A stretch of 63,823 nucleotides of DNA, filler included, from Collodictyon triciliatum (GCA_043381765.1; 4 parts of 4 records of this genome joined end to end with filler, not necessarily neighbours in it), one strand, 5' to 3'; counted from the whole stretch's first letter, positions 26,201 through 39,083 are shown. A program made the numbers and translations. Notes: generated by a model from the sequence alone, not told the origin.

Positions 26201-28832
26201 GATTATCATGAAAGGTGAAAAGTAGTATCATCATCTTTTTTTTTTTTTCTAGGGAACTAGTTCGCCTCTGGACAGGCTCAAATACTGAATGTATGGAAGT
26301 TGTTAAGAGAATTCTTCTTCCAGGACTCTTGACTGTATGTCTTATTTGGAATTCTATTGCTACCACAATTGGTTTACATGAATTCTGTTATACCATTCCC
26401 CTCCCATTTACTGGATTCAAAGAATTCTTTTCCTTCATTTCATATAAATTAGTATTTGCGAATGCACGAAATAGCCCCTGCTGATCCAGAAGAAGAGGTT
26501 TTATTGTCAGCAATCCTATTAGCAAAAATGATACGATGTATTTGAGTTGTTGCTTGTTTCCATGCTCTATAGCTAATATATATATATATTTAAACGTAAA
26601 GGCCCTTCTCCAAGCAAAGAAGAAACCAACTGATGAATCATCTGCCAAGGGCTTGGCTATGTTCAATCCTTTTCTCAACTGGCATATCCGGCAGGTATGC
26701 ATCTCAATCAAGACTGGCACTTGAAGAAATCTTTTTTGTATTATAACAAGGTATTCATCTTATTAGGCAGCCAACAGAAGAGGAGAAATACCCAAGGCGA
26801 TTATACGGCAGAGACGTGCAGACAATGGTATTACCTTTGGAAACTGGCCATTATTATTTTCAAACATAAGCAAAGATCATTCCAGGGTATGAGCACTTTT
26901 ATAACAAACTTTATTATTTACCATCATGAATTTATGTATTGTTTCCCATCTTTAAAGAAAATATATATAGTACGCACCTGATTTATAAACCTTAAAATAA
27001 TACTGAGACGAACATTAGTACGATTTGATTTGGAATTACTATACGAGAGAAGAGCTAAGGGAATCATTAGAGGGTGAAATTCGTGCATTTATGCAAGACC
27101 AGGTTTACCAACCAGCTCGTTTCATTGATAATAATTTGAATATAAAGTTGCCTTAAACCAGTTTTCAATTGTGACTTATTTTGGATTTGTTAAAATGAAG
27201 GAGATAGCACAAAGTGAAATGCTTACATGGAATTATCAAGAGTTTGAAGTGACTTACCCAAGTTTGTCAAAGGAACCTCAGGTGAGCCACAAAGACATTT
27301 CAAAAGATATAACCATAGGGTATAAATTCAGTATCAAACAATTTTTCGTTGATGCCGTATGAAACATGAGAATATTCCCAAAAAAATAAGAAAAGAACTA
27401 TATGCTATCTATTTAGAACATGTTAAATAATAGGCAGGCGATTATTTTTTGCGGTTGCTACTGGAAAGCAACAAAGTTGAAACAGTTAGAGTCCCACACC
27501 CGAAAGATTTCTTCAACGACCTTTATCAACAATTTTTTCATGAAGAATCGTTGGAATCGAAAGGCTTATGCCTCGAATGTTTGGCTATGATATATCGTAA
27601 TCAATATGAGGTAAAAAAGAAATATTCGAACTTTACTTTAATAATTCGTGGAAAATTCGAATGAAAATAAGCAAATCGCAAAAAAAGCTTGTTAAAAACC
27701 TTTCTTTTTCTTTTTTCTTTTTCTTTTTCTTTTTCTTTTTCTTTTTCCTTTTTCTTTTTCCTTTTTCTTTTTCCTTTTTCTTTTTCTTTTTCCTTTTTCT
27801 TTTTCTTTTCTTTTTCTTTTTCTTTTTCTTTTCTTTCGACAGATAACGCGTAATGATGTTTACATCAAAAATCTGATGTTATAATTAATCTTATTTTTTT
27901 CATTAGGAAATAGGTAAATTCAAAGAAACAAAATTCGTCGCTTTTCTGTTGAATGGATGCGTTAATCCATTTATTCGTGACCGTTTGCTGCAATTTCTTG
28001 TGAGCCTGGTGCTTCATCAGGACAACTCGAGGATTTTTATAGAGTCCCGCGGTATTCCAATGGTTGTCAATTTTCTTACCTTGGCTCATCTAGAGGCCCA
28101 AAGAACAGTTGCGCCAGTACATGCAAATATGATTACGTCATCTGAAAATCAGGTTTGGCTTCGAAGAAAAAAGTCTAGTAAGCTAAAATATGGTGAATAT
28201 TTCGTTTATAAAGCAAGCTTCATATAACTGAGTCACTTGTCAATCTCTTTGCAAAGATTTCTTTAATTGAAAAAATAAAACAGGTTCGACCGGCAGAGAA
28301 AGAATGGTATTACTATTCTAAAAGCGAAGAGCGTTGCGGGCCATATAGTCTATTAGAACTGGGCGAACTATGGGATAAGGGCACAATTAAGTCCAAAACG
28401 CTGATGTGGGCTTTCGGCATGGAGGATTGGGCTTCTCTTGAGTCTATTACTCAGCTAAGGTTTTTCTTCACTTTTCTTGGTTTTTAGCTATATAGTGAGG
28501 ATGATCATATGCATTACATAACAAGTTGTATTGATGTTTTATGGGAAGTAATTATATTCTTTTTTCTAATTTTCAGATGGATATTCATCGCATCTGGCCA
28601 GCCATTACTGACATATACACAACTTGGCTCGCTATGCCTTGACATACTCATCCAATGTGTTAAGCACTACTCGAACAGAGATTCTGAGGGTTACTTGATT
28701 CGGCCCATATCGAAAGTCAAGCGGCTTCTTTGTGATTCATCCATCCTCCCGCATATTGTCCAGGTTTAAAAAAAAATAGAAAGCAAGCATAACTGTTTGT
28801 ATGATGAATTTTTTTCACGAATGAGCTCCTTT

Positions 28833-28892
<60 letters not shown>

Positions 28893-31709
28893 GAGTTTAT
28901 TAACTTTCGACCCCGACATTGTGGACCGAGCATCCTACTTAATTACTGAACTTGCTCGCGAAAACATGGTCACCCTGCCTAAGATTTATTCTACTGGCAT
29001 TTTTTATTTCGCCTTGCTTTATCCTGGGTCAAATGTCATTCCACTGCACCGATTGCTCAAGCTTATTCACGACCAGCAAAGATTCATCATGGGCGATGGA
29101 GGACAGCATGTCTGATCATTACTTATATGTGTTTATATATAAAATATCACTTATCTATCAACATAGCCTTACATTTTCTGCTACTATCCTGTATGAAATT
29201 CGAGATTTCTTCACTATATGACTTTTTTTTTCTCTCGATTCAACCTTCACTAAATAACATATTACGTTCGTGCATTAAAGTCACCAGTGGCACGTAGTTT
29301 CCTCCGCACGATTCTTCCCGATGCTATGGTGTGCTTCCTCAGTAGTTATGAAGTGAGTGAATTGGTTGCTTTTTTTTTTGTGTTTTTCTGTGTTTTTTTT
29401 TGTGTTTTTTTTGTGTTTTTTTGTGTTTTTTTTGTGTTTTTTTTGTGTTTTTTTTGTGTTTTTTTTGTGTTTTTTTGTGTTTTTCTGTGTTTTTTTTTGT
29501 GTTTTTTTGTGTTTTTTTGTGTTTTCCTCTCTTGTTTAGCTGGGACTGAAACCCTAAATCGAATTCAAAAGGAAAAAAATCACCCCATTCATGCACATTT
29601 TTCATCTAATTCGAAGTATTATCCCTTTTCTTGAATATTGCCCCCAAAACGAATACTTTTTTAAAAATACTTCTTTCGATTTTTTTTTTTTGAAAAACTA
29701 TAGCCCGAGAAGTTCACTGATATATTCTTGGGGGAATATGATAATCCTGAAGTTATTTGGTTGCCGGAGATGAGAAGGCGCATGATTGAAAAGATATCTT
29801 TGCATCTGAACAATTTCCCCTTAAAGCTTCGAGCAAACAACAAATCGCTCTACCAGTTCGTCCCCATCGCGCCAATTACATATCCTGAATTGGAAGAGGA
29901 GCTTTTCTGTAGCCGATATTATTTGAGACACCTTTGTAATACACAGAGGTTTCCCAACTGGCCCCTTACCAATCATGTAAATTAATGATTCTTTTCATTT
30001 ATCGTGGCGATGAAATGCTTTGTATTCTGACTATACATCTTGTGATTCATTCGTTGATATCATCCTTTCATTTTTTACCTATTTTCATTTACTTTTCTTA
30101 GTCTGATTCTTAAAATTACTGGTCTGCAGATTTCATATAGTTGTTCTGTATTTCTTTCTCACTTAAAAATAAATGGAATTGTTAGGCAGATTTTCTGCAG
30201 TCTATTCTCATAGAATGGAAAAAGGAATCGGAAAAGAGAGGTTTTGGAATGACGCGCGAGGAAGCACGTGCTACTCTAGGATTAAAACCTGAACATAAAC
30301 ACGAAGACCAAATCCGTCGCGCATATTACAAAATGGCTGCGAAGTATCACCCCGACAAGAATCCCGATGGAAGAGATACGTTTGAAAAGATTCAAAAGGC
30401 TCATGAAATACTTATTTCAAAAACGAAGCTCGATGGGCCTGACCCTCGTCGCATTATACTCATTATCCAATCACAAGTGATTTTGTACAGCAGGTCTAAT
30501 TATTCATGAAATATAATCAATCATCTTCTTTTTTCTTCTTTTTTCTTCTTTTTTCTTCTTTTTTCTTCTTTTTTCTTCTTTTTTCTTCTTTTTTCTTCTT
30601 TTTTCTTCTTTTTTCTTCCTTTTTCCTTTTAATTGTTATTCTTTACAAGAATCGTGTTCCCTGATAAATGTGACCGATTTTATCTCGCATTTGAATCCAA
30701 AAAGGTACCCAGAACATGTTGAGCCGTTTCGATATGCAGGCTACAATATGCTTCTTCCTATTATGATATCAGATATCAAAGACCCCATGGTTTTTTCTCA
30801 TAATATATTAAATCATCTTTGTGCTTTTATATGGAAACTACCTTTGCTCTACGAACCCTCAATAATAACTTTTGTTCTCATTCAGCCTCTTTTTTTCTTA
30901 TTTTTTTTTTACTTTCACTTTTTTTAAATAAATTTAATTATTTTTTTGATTTTTTAATCCAATTTTCTGCCTTCTCCCAAATGAAAAAAAAAAAGCTTAA
31001 CAACAATTTTTCACAGCTCTTCTCGAACCCGAATGCGATGCTCCATCACACAGCCGAACTCTGCTACCACACCATGAACGTATCGCCTTTGAATACTGAA
31101 GAAGTTCGAAGGGAAGGTGGCATCGACATTCTTGCAGCGGCTCTTCAACGAGGCTCAGAGTTGCTATCTTTAAATATCACAAATGAGAGCATCGCGGTCC
31201 AAGTATGTGTTCATTCCTTGAAAGCATTTAGTGTACTTGGTCGCTTCCCTGTCAATCGCGAAGTGATTTCAAGACACCCTGCAATTGCCGCTAATAATGT
31301 TCGATGTCTGCACTATCATTCTGCACCAAGGTATTCACATTTGAAAGATAAATGAACAGCTAAATGTATATCCTTACTCATTTTCTGGATTATTTACCAA
31401 ATAATATAATAAATCATTTTCTAATATCCTAATAAACTAACCATTTTCAACCTTTTAATAAATCTATCTTGAAGTCTGGTTGGTGCCAGTATATTGTGTG
31501 CCTCGTCATTTGCTGCTGATGCTGAATTACAGACACAACTTATGGAATCTGGGGTTTTGTGGTATGCACTCAACATTTGCTTAAGCTACGATTATACTTT
31601 GGAAGAGTCTGGTGTGGAAGTTACAACTGAAAAGCATTTACAACATCTACGAAATCAACATGCAAAAGATGTCGTAGTCCTTTTGACTCGGTTTGTTTCT
31701 CCAAAAAAA

Positions 31710-31789
<80 letters not shown>

Positions 31790-33091
31790 ANNNNNNNNNN
31801 NNNNNNNNNNNNNNNNNNNNNNNNNNNNNNNNNNNNNNNNNNNNNNNNNNNNNNNNNNNNNNNNNNNNNNNNNNNNNNNNNNNNNNNNNNTTTTGTTATC
31901 TTTTTGTTATCTTTTTGTTATCTTTTTGTTATCTTTTTGTTATCTTTTTGTTATCTTTTTGTTATCTTTTTGTTATCTTTTTGTTATCTTTTTGATTGGT
32001 ACAAATTATGTGAACTATTATTTCTTACCTTTATCCGATTCAAGTTTTGTCCACTTCTTTTTAAAATAACATATATGGTGCAGGCTTGGAGGATATTCTG
32101 ATGGAGAAAATGGAACACCGAAGAACGACCTGGCTCGGCAATCCATGGACGCTCTCGTGACCCCGTTCATAGTCAGAAATTTGACAAGACCTCCCTCGAC
32201 TAATCTTTTAAAACATTTCAACACGAATGCAGAAAATCCTTATTTTATCTGGAACAACGAAATGAGGGCTGAATTAAAGGGGTATCTAGAAAGGTTGAAA
32301 TTCTCTTCAAAAAAAATTTTTTTTTATTCTTACTTTCAATTTTGTGCAGGATGGTGGAGATGTTGGCACTCTTCAAAAAATATAATATAATTCATCTCGT
32401 ATTAATCAAAAAAAAATGCCAGTAAGATATAATGTGAAGGCCAAATTAGCTGTCCTTTAATTATCAATATGTTACTTAATTATTTTGATGTGACACACTC
32501 AGTCGCATAGACCTTGCATACCGAAAAGGAAAGCATGAGCCCGAGAATGCCCCAAACTTTACTTATACATGCATCAAGAAGGAGCTTCGTGTTGGTGCCT
32601 TGTATATTCGCATCTACAACGAACAGCCAAAATTCCCTCTTGAAGAGCCCCAGGAAAGATTGGTGAAAAAAAATATATAGAAACAAACATCCCAGATAAA
32701 ATAATACTCGTTCAATAACGCCTATATGCGTTAGCTTCTCCCACAATCAGGCTTTACATATGGATCTTTTTATCATGGCAGCATTTACAAAAAAAAAATA
32801 AAAAAAAATCATAAATAATAATAAATTTGTTGGATTACTCCTCGATTTTAGAGAGAAATGTTGGCCTACTTGGAAGAAAAGACAAAGGGCATTAATCTGC
32901 GCTCTCCGCCAAACTCCAAGGAATGGCAAAGGAACTGTAGACGTATCTCGATGGTTCTGGAGTCTGTGGTTAATCTACTTACGAATCATTATGGAACGGA
33001 GATTGAGTTTTCCAATTCAAGCTCTATAAAGCTTATGGGCTCGCTTCTGGATATTCCCACCTTTGACGAAATACCTGCACGCGCAATGGAG
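23283..33091 (+). CDS. DNAJC13: RME-8 / DnaJ homolog subfamily C member 13, more than 25 exons, 3'-truncated at the scaffold end
   Basis: KITPRH...TEKRVVERDPGTYSI; IWN motifs (DLIWNYYTREEL, YFIWNNEMRAEL); GYF-like EWYY..GPYS...W (28283-28459); PITYPELEEELFC.RYYLRHLC; J-domain YYKMAAKYHPDKNPDGR; PFRYAGY; YDYTLEESGVE. Confidence 0.95.
29369..29525. repeat. Intronic (T5-8 GTG)n repeat
   Basis: Read directly. Other RME-8 introns carry similar tracts (27700-27836, 30525-30630, 31710-31992, 33145-33454). Confidence 0.95.
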
Positions 33092-33454
33092 GTTTGTCAT
33101 ACACTTCATAATTTTGAAAAAAAAATGATGTAATTTATGTTGGTTTTTTTACTCTTTTTTTACTCTTTTTTTACTCTTTTTTTACTCTTTTTTTACTCTT
33201 TTTTTACTCTTTTTTTACTCTTTTTTTACTCTTTTTTTACTCTTTTTTTACTCTTTTTTACTCTTTTTTACTCTTTTTTACTCTTTTTTACTCTTTTTTA
33301 CTCTTTTTTACTCTTTTTTTCTCTTTTTTACTCTTTTTTTACTCTTTTTTTTCTCTTTTTTTACTCTTTTTTTACTCTTTTTTTACTCTTTTTTTACTCT
33401 TTTTTTACTCTTTTTTTACTCTTTTTTTACTCTTTTTTTACTCTTTTTTTTACT

Positions 33455-33554
33455 NNNNNNNNNNNNNNNNNNNNNNNNNNNNNNNNNNNNNNNNNNNNTT
33501 AATTAATTAANNNNNNNNNNNNNNNNNNNNNNNNNNNNNNNNNNNNNNNNNNNN
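33455..33554. other. Artificial scaffold-joining linker N44-TTAATTAATTAA-N44
   Basis: 12-mer at 33499-33510. Confidence 0.95.
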
Positions 33555-33580
33555 ATAATAACAATACCAATAATTAAAAA

Positions 33581-33696
<116 letters not shown>

Positions 33697-34421
33697 ATGA
33701 TGCTAATGGTGGTAATGATAGTAATGATAGTAGCAAACGACAGCCTGTTTCCAGTCAAAGGCGTGGCACTGGTGAAGTGGGAGTAATTAAAAAAAAGAAT
33801 AATAAATTCTATCGGCAGAAATAGCTGAGTATTAAATTTATATTTTTTTTAAACGTTAGACATTCTGATTCCATACAGATGAGTTTTGGTAAAGGAATTT
33901 CTTATCATGAAAATTTGTAGGTTTTCTACAAGTATGCTCCCATTCAATAGGTCTTCCTTCTTGGATTTATTTATTTTGATATGAAAGTGGCTCACAAACA
34001 TTATAGCAACCTGATTATAATGTCGTTCGTGAAAAAAAATTATAGAAGGAATTCAATTGTAATTTTTTCTCTGAGGGATAAAAAACATGGGCTAGCCCTG
34101 GTAAGAAACAGTTAATTTTAAAAGGACTCAAAGAATATACTGTATGTAGCCTGAAGAAAGAAAAATATGTTGATTGGGATATCATACACTGAAAAAAAAA
34201 ATGAAAATAGTTCGAAGTCGTAAAAATTTGTCGCTGTACATATCATTTCTGCATTGCTGTAATGTGGTTCGTTATAACTACAAGCCTAAATAAATAAATA
34301 TTTATGATTGGAATTTTTACAAAAAAATGTATTTTATGGTGCTTTGATGATGTAGTCAGAAAATACATAAGTAACACTTACATGGATAGGGGATTGAAAG
34401 TATAATCCATTCATAGGAACT

Positions 34422-36101
34422 CTATGATATTGAAACCAGATATTGGGTATAAACAACACAAAATATCGATATTAGACATACAACAAGCTTGTTTTGGATT
34501 TTCACTATGTTTTCTTCTTTTTCAAAAACGACCGTGCCATAATGTAATTCGTAAGATAGAGAGATAATGTCTCCGAAAAAGACAAAAGCCAACTGAATGA
34601 ATATCTGCAGCAAGCATTCAGAAACGTCGGTTATTGTATTGAAAGATGTGTCTGGATATATAGGGGCCAAAAAAAACATTAACAATGGCGCCATGAAAAC
34701 AACGATCATTTCGTAGCCAAGTTCATGAAACATATTAAGGCTGCGAAACTTGATAGATTTCTGCAGATACTTGTCCAAATCGCTTATTGGCAATTGACTC
34801 AGGCCAATCAATTCAAAATTTTGCATTGGGACAATAGATACAATTCTATTTTTCCTCGGCTTATTTTTGAACAGAGAGAGCAACCACTCCCTAAATTTGT
34901 AGAGACCCACCGTCCTGTGTTTGAAAGATATTGTAGATACTACATCCACGAGTGATAAAAGGAAATTAACAGCCACATATTGCTTTGCTGATGATCCCGT
35001 AGAAAGGTTTGACATAACTATCCTCCCAATATATTTGATGTAGCACGCCGAAACACGATTCACGATCAATCTCCTGTCCATTTCGTCCAATGATAGTCCA
35101 AATAATACGTAAGTTTGGAACATCTTGATAATATAAGATATGAGCGGAAAGAAAAATAACCGAAATATAAGCTGCGTATAGAACGAGAGCGAAAACAGAT
35201 ATGGCAAGAAATACCCAACACAAAAATTTAAAATAAGGAATACACCAATTAGACCTTTGAGAAAGGCTATTGGCGTTCCATCTTTTGTAAGATTGTAAAA
35301 CCTTGACTGTTGTTCGGTCATATTTTCGAAAGGGCTGCTTGTCTTGATGACATATATACCAAGACAACCTGCTGATATGCCCATCACATTGACACCCATA
35401 TTCGCCCAAAATGAATCCCGCTGGGGGATAGTGCGAAATATAAAATCTAAGGAGCAGCAAGGAAGCATAACATAGCGAATGGCACTTTTTGTGAAATCAA
35501 TGGAGAAAATACTGATAGAAACGGCAGCGACAGTAGAATAATAAACTGACATGCTGATGTATCCCCTTAATCGGTCGTAAATGATTGTTGATGTTTCATG
35601 CGATGTACTTTCCGACATTATCAATCCTGGTAGATAATACATAAACATAAACCCCATCACCGATAGAAATATGTAGAATGATTTCATCACGGTTTGCACC
35701 CATAACGCAAGAGCTGTCGCGATCGACTCACGCCAAGTGGGTAATTGTACCTCAACCGTGAGCTGACTCACCTGCTCAGGCACTATAGAGCAAGTGCTTT
35801 GTTCTCGCTTGTACTTCGCCTTGTACTTTTGATCGCCCTTGGCGGCGCTGGTAAAAGCCTGAGGAGCATCAGACAGGCTCTCTCTGCTTTTGGGCTCGGG
35901 CACGTTTGGATTGAGATCGATGACTCCGTCTGCTTCCATCCTTTTACCCAAAGGTGTGAATCTGCAAAGGTATTTGTTGTCAGGCATATTGCAAGGAGGA
36001 GTGCGATGAATGTCTGGCCCTACTGGGTGGCTCCAGGGACTGCTTCGTGATACCCAACGGCAACTTTGTTGTTGATATGTCTGTTCATCAAGTTCTTGCA
36101 T
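34422..36101 (-). CDS. Intronless polytopic membrane protein of unknown function (about 559 aa, roughly 10-11 hydrophobic segments)
   Basis: Uninterrupted ORF; likely start MQELDEQ at 36101 (the ORF-track extension runs through an A-rich tract); hydrophilic N-terminus followed by many TM-like helices. Confidence 0.8.
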   Translation of the reverse strand: MQELDEQTYQQQSCRWVSRSSPWSHPVGPDIHRTPPCNMPDNKYLCRFTPLGKRMEADGVIDLNPNVPEPKSRESLSDAPQAFTSAAKGDQKYKAKYKREQSTCSIVPEQVSQLTVEVQLPTWRESIATALALWVQTVMKSFYIFLSVMGFMFMYYLPGLIMSESTSHETSTIIYDRLRGYISMSVYYSTVAAVSISIFSIDFTKSAIRYVMLPCCSLDFIFRTIPQRDSFWANMGVNVMGISAGCLGIYVIKTSSPFENMTEQQSRFYNLTKDGTPIAFLKGLIGVFLILNFCVGYFLPYLFSLSFYTQLIFRLFFFPLISYIIKMFQTYVLFGLSLDEMDRRLIVNRVSACYIKYIGRIVMSNLSTGSSAKQYVAVNFLLSLVDVVSTISFKHRTVGLYKFREWLLSLFKNKPRKNRIVSIVPMQNFELIGLSQLPISDLDKYLQKSIKFRSLNMFHELGYEMIVVFMAPLLMFFLAPIYPDTSFNTITDVSECLLQIFIQLAFVFFGDIISLSYELHYGTVVFEKEENIVKIQNKLVVCLISIFCVVYTQYLVSIS

Positions 36102-36108
36102 ATTGCCT

Positions 36109-36605
36109 TTTTTTTTTATCTTTTTTTTTTTATTTTTTTTATTTATTCTTTTATGAAATCGCAAAGGTTTGCTGTGGAGTATGTAAATGATGCATGAAAA
36201 AAAATAAAATCAGAGCGACAGGGAGAGCGATAGGAGATCACCAACGCGGAAAAGAAATCAGTGATAGCGAGTTGGTTAGATGGGCAACCCAACTGGTTGA
36301 TTAGTTGCTTAGGGTAGCAGGGGTTGGATATGCTGTGGGAGATATCGCATGACACATTCCCACATCTCTCTTCGCTTGCGGTCAGAGTAGCGAAAAAATA
36401 AATATCAGCAGGCTGTTCAGGAAGCTGCATTGCACGAGGCTCTCATGCCTGTATACATTGATTTCTCGTTCGGGTGAATCATTAGAGCGAGAGAATGCAC
36501 GCACACTCCATAGGGACCACAGCATATGTCCCCTTGTGACTGTCCAGAGTATTCTAGAGTCGTGGGTCATTTGGTATTGTGGGCCAAACAGGATGTCAGA
36601 CGCGC
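36109..36605 (-). mobile_element. 5'-truncated LINE 3' end with AATAAA and A-rich tail
   Basis: 36250-36605 matches the reverse complement of about 49640-50000 (SDILFGPQYQMTHDSRILWTVTRGHMLW). A-rich tail at 36109-36146; its assignment to the element is inferred. Confidence 0.8.
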
Positions 36606-37381
36606 AATATATAATGGTAGTTCTTATAGAGATTGGTTGAAACAGTTTGGCTCCAATGTCCTCAAAAATGTGGTTCATGTAAATCAGACATGGAGTGTAC
36701 ATATTTGGATTGACTTTGACGTCATATTCTATACAATTTACAATATTGCTGGAAATGATACGATTCAAATGCGCTATAGCCCATTCTATGTATTGTTTCG
36801 GTACTTCAAGTTTCTTGAAGATGGCTTTTTTTAACTTTCGTAACTCTGGCTTTTGAATAGCTTCCGTCATATTCTCATCTTTAGGAACTGTTTGATTTAT
36901 AAAGCGCAGTAATCTCTTTACAAAATGTTCCTTAATGTTACCTTGATAAGCTGTTAACATTTGCTTCGCTGAGTACGGTAATACACGAGACAGTCCAACC
37001 AACGGAAAGCATTCTTCTCGGGACAAAAGGAATAGAAAATCATTGAGATCGAAATTCAAAATGTCTTCTCTCATTTCTGGTTGTTTTTTTTTTTTTAAAA
37101 TCTTGCTGGGTCTATCTTGTGAAAATATTCCGACTGTCTTTAAAGCGTACAAAGAAACAAAAACATTTCATCGATTGTTGGGAGTTGTAGTAGTTTCAAT
37201 TTATACCATCTTGCAAACAGATAAGTGTCGGTAACCAAATTATGACACAATAAACCTGCATCGTTGATTTTTTCCTAGTCATCCGCATTCTTTACAATCG
37301 ACTATAGAGATGTTTTCACATTTGGATAGTCTGTTTTTACATACTTTAGTTTCTCAGACTCAATACTTTTCTTTTCTTCAT
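36606..37381 (-). pseudogene. Degenerate Fanzor1 (eukaryotic TnpB-like RNA-guided nuclease), N-terminal half; RuvC region missing
   Basis: VKTSL*SIVKN...KINDA.L.CH.LV.DTY.F.R.Y....LP.IDE.F; QMLTAYQGNIKEHFVKRLLRFIN; YDVKVNPNMYTPCLIYMN..FE..GAKLFQPISIRTTII. These match Fanzor1 motifs as I recall them. In-frame TAG at 37302-37304 and 37275-37277, frameshift near 37155, no introns. Confidence 0.75.
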
Positions 37382-38117
37382 CTTAATGTCTTTGTTTTAC
37401 TTTTTACTTTACAGAACTACCGAGTTTTCAATTTCAATAAAACTTTAATCAATCAGTAATCAAATAAAAACCAAATACATAAAATCAATTTATGTAAAAC
37501 TAAGCATCCGCCGAGGCTCTCAAATATGCGCATTGCGGCAAACAGACACACAAAGTTTTTTTTAAGAGAATTTGAGACAAGATGCTGAGAGCCGATTCGG
37601 CGAGTTCGAAAGGACAGCGGCATAGCCATTGCGACTGAAAGTCAACATATCGACCCCAAACAACATGATTACCGCCGCAAGTGTGGATAGTATGCTTTTT
37701 TTTAAAAGTGCATTTTTGGTAGCAGGTTTATAGGGTGGGTTCTGTATGGGCCAACGCAAGGGCTTGTTTGCAATTTTTGAATTTTAATGATATAATTATA
37801 TAAATGATAAATAAAATATAAATTGATTATAGGAATGATATTAGGTTATTAAGTTTTTAAACCTTATTATATACTAATTATACTATTATGTTATTCAGGA
37901 TGTTTCTTGGATGCATCAAAGATCCTGCTTTTGTCAACCCAGATTTAATTTGATGGTTTTCTGTGCAATAAACTGCTATATATTTGTACACTTTCGTTGT
38001 ATGAAAAGTGTTGTGCCTTGAAAGGGATAAAGCCAAGTTCGTCACAAGCTCTGCAATGAAGTTTATCCATTTACGGACTGAATGAGACCGGAAAAAAAGA
38101 AAAAAAGAGAAAGGAAA

Positions 38118-38212
38118 AACGAAAAACGAAAAACGAAAAACGAAAAACGAAAAACGAAAAACGAAAAACGAAAAACGAAAAACGAAAAACGAAAAACGAA
38201 AAACGAAAAACG
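38118..38212. repeat. (AAAAACG)n repeat adjacent to an N gap
   Basis: Read directly. Confidence 0.95.
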
Positions 38213-39083
38213 NNNNNNNNNNNNNNNNNNNNNNNNNNNNNNNNNNNNNNNNNNNNNNNNNNNNNNNNNNNNNNNNNNNNNNNNNNNNNNNNNNNNNNNN
38301 NNNNNNNNNNNNNNNNNNNNNNNNNNNNNNNNNNNNNNNNNNNNNNNNNNNNNNNNNNNNNNNNNNNNNNNNNNNNNNNNNNNNNNNNNNNNNNNNNNNN
38401 NNNNNNNNNNNNNNNNNNNNNNNNNNNNNNNNNNNNNNNNNNNNNNNNNNNNNNNNNNNNNNNNNNNNNNNNNNNNNNNNNNNNNNNNNNNNNNNNNNNN
38501 NNNNNNNNNNNNNNNNNNNNNNNNNNNNNNNNNNNNNNNNNNNNNNNNNNNNNNNNNNNNNNNNNNNNNNNNNNNNNNNNNNNNNNNNNNNNNNNNNNNN
38601 NNNNNNNNNNNNNNNNNNNNNNNNNNNNNNNNNNNNNNNNNNNNNNNNNNNNNNNNNNNNNNNNNNNNNNNNNNNNNNNNNNNNNNNNNNNNNNNNNNNN
38701 NNNNNNNNNNNNNNNNNNNNNNNNNNNNNNNNNNNNNNNNNNNNNNNNNNNNNNNNNNNNNNNNNNNNNNNNNNNNNNNNNNNNNNNNNNNNNTTTTCTT
38801 TTTCTTTTTCTTTTTCTTTTTCTTTTTCTTTTTCTTTTTCTTTTTCTTTTTCTTTTTCTTTTTCTTTTAGAGAATTTTCGGGTGTTTTTTGGAGTTTTTT
38901 TTTTGGTTTTTTTGTTGTTGTTTTCCTTTCCTTTCCCTTCCTCCTTCCTTTAGATGTTATTTGGTTTTTTTCATTTGGTTTTATTCGCATTGTATGGATA
39001 GATGAAGTACACCACTACATACAGCTGGTTGTATTAAATCATTTACGACCGATTGTTCTAAACTAGGCCATACCGACTGGCCT

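Noticed and set aside
26160-26251. Possible U12-type intron (GTATCCTA donor) in RME-8
   Set aside because: The donor deviates from GTATCCTT and there is no TCCTTAAC branch site near the acceptor.
37490-38085. Possible transposase fragment or element terminus upstream of the Fanzor remnant
   Set aside because: No recognisable transposase motif, TIR or TSD could be supported; the region abuts an N gap.
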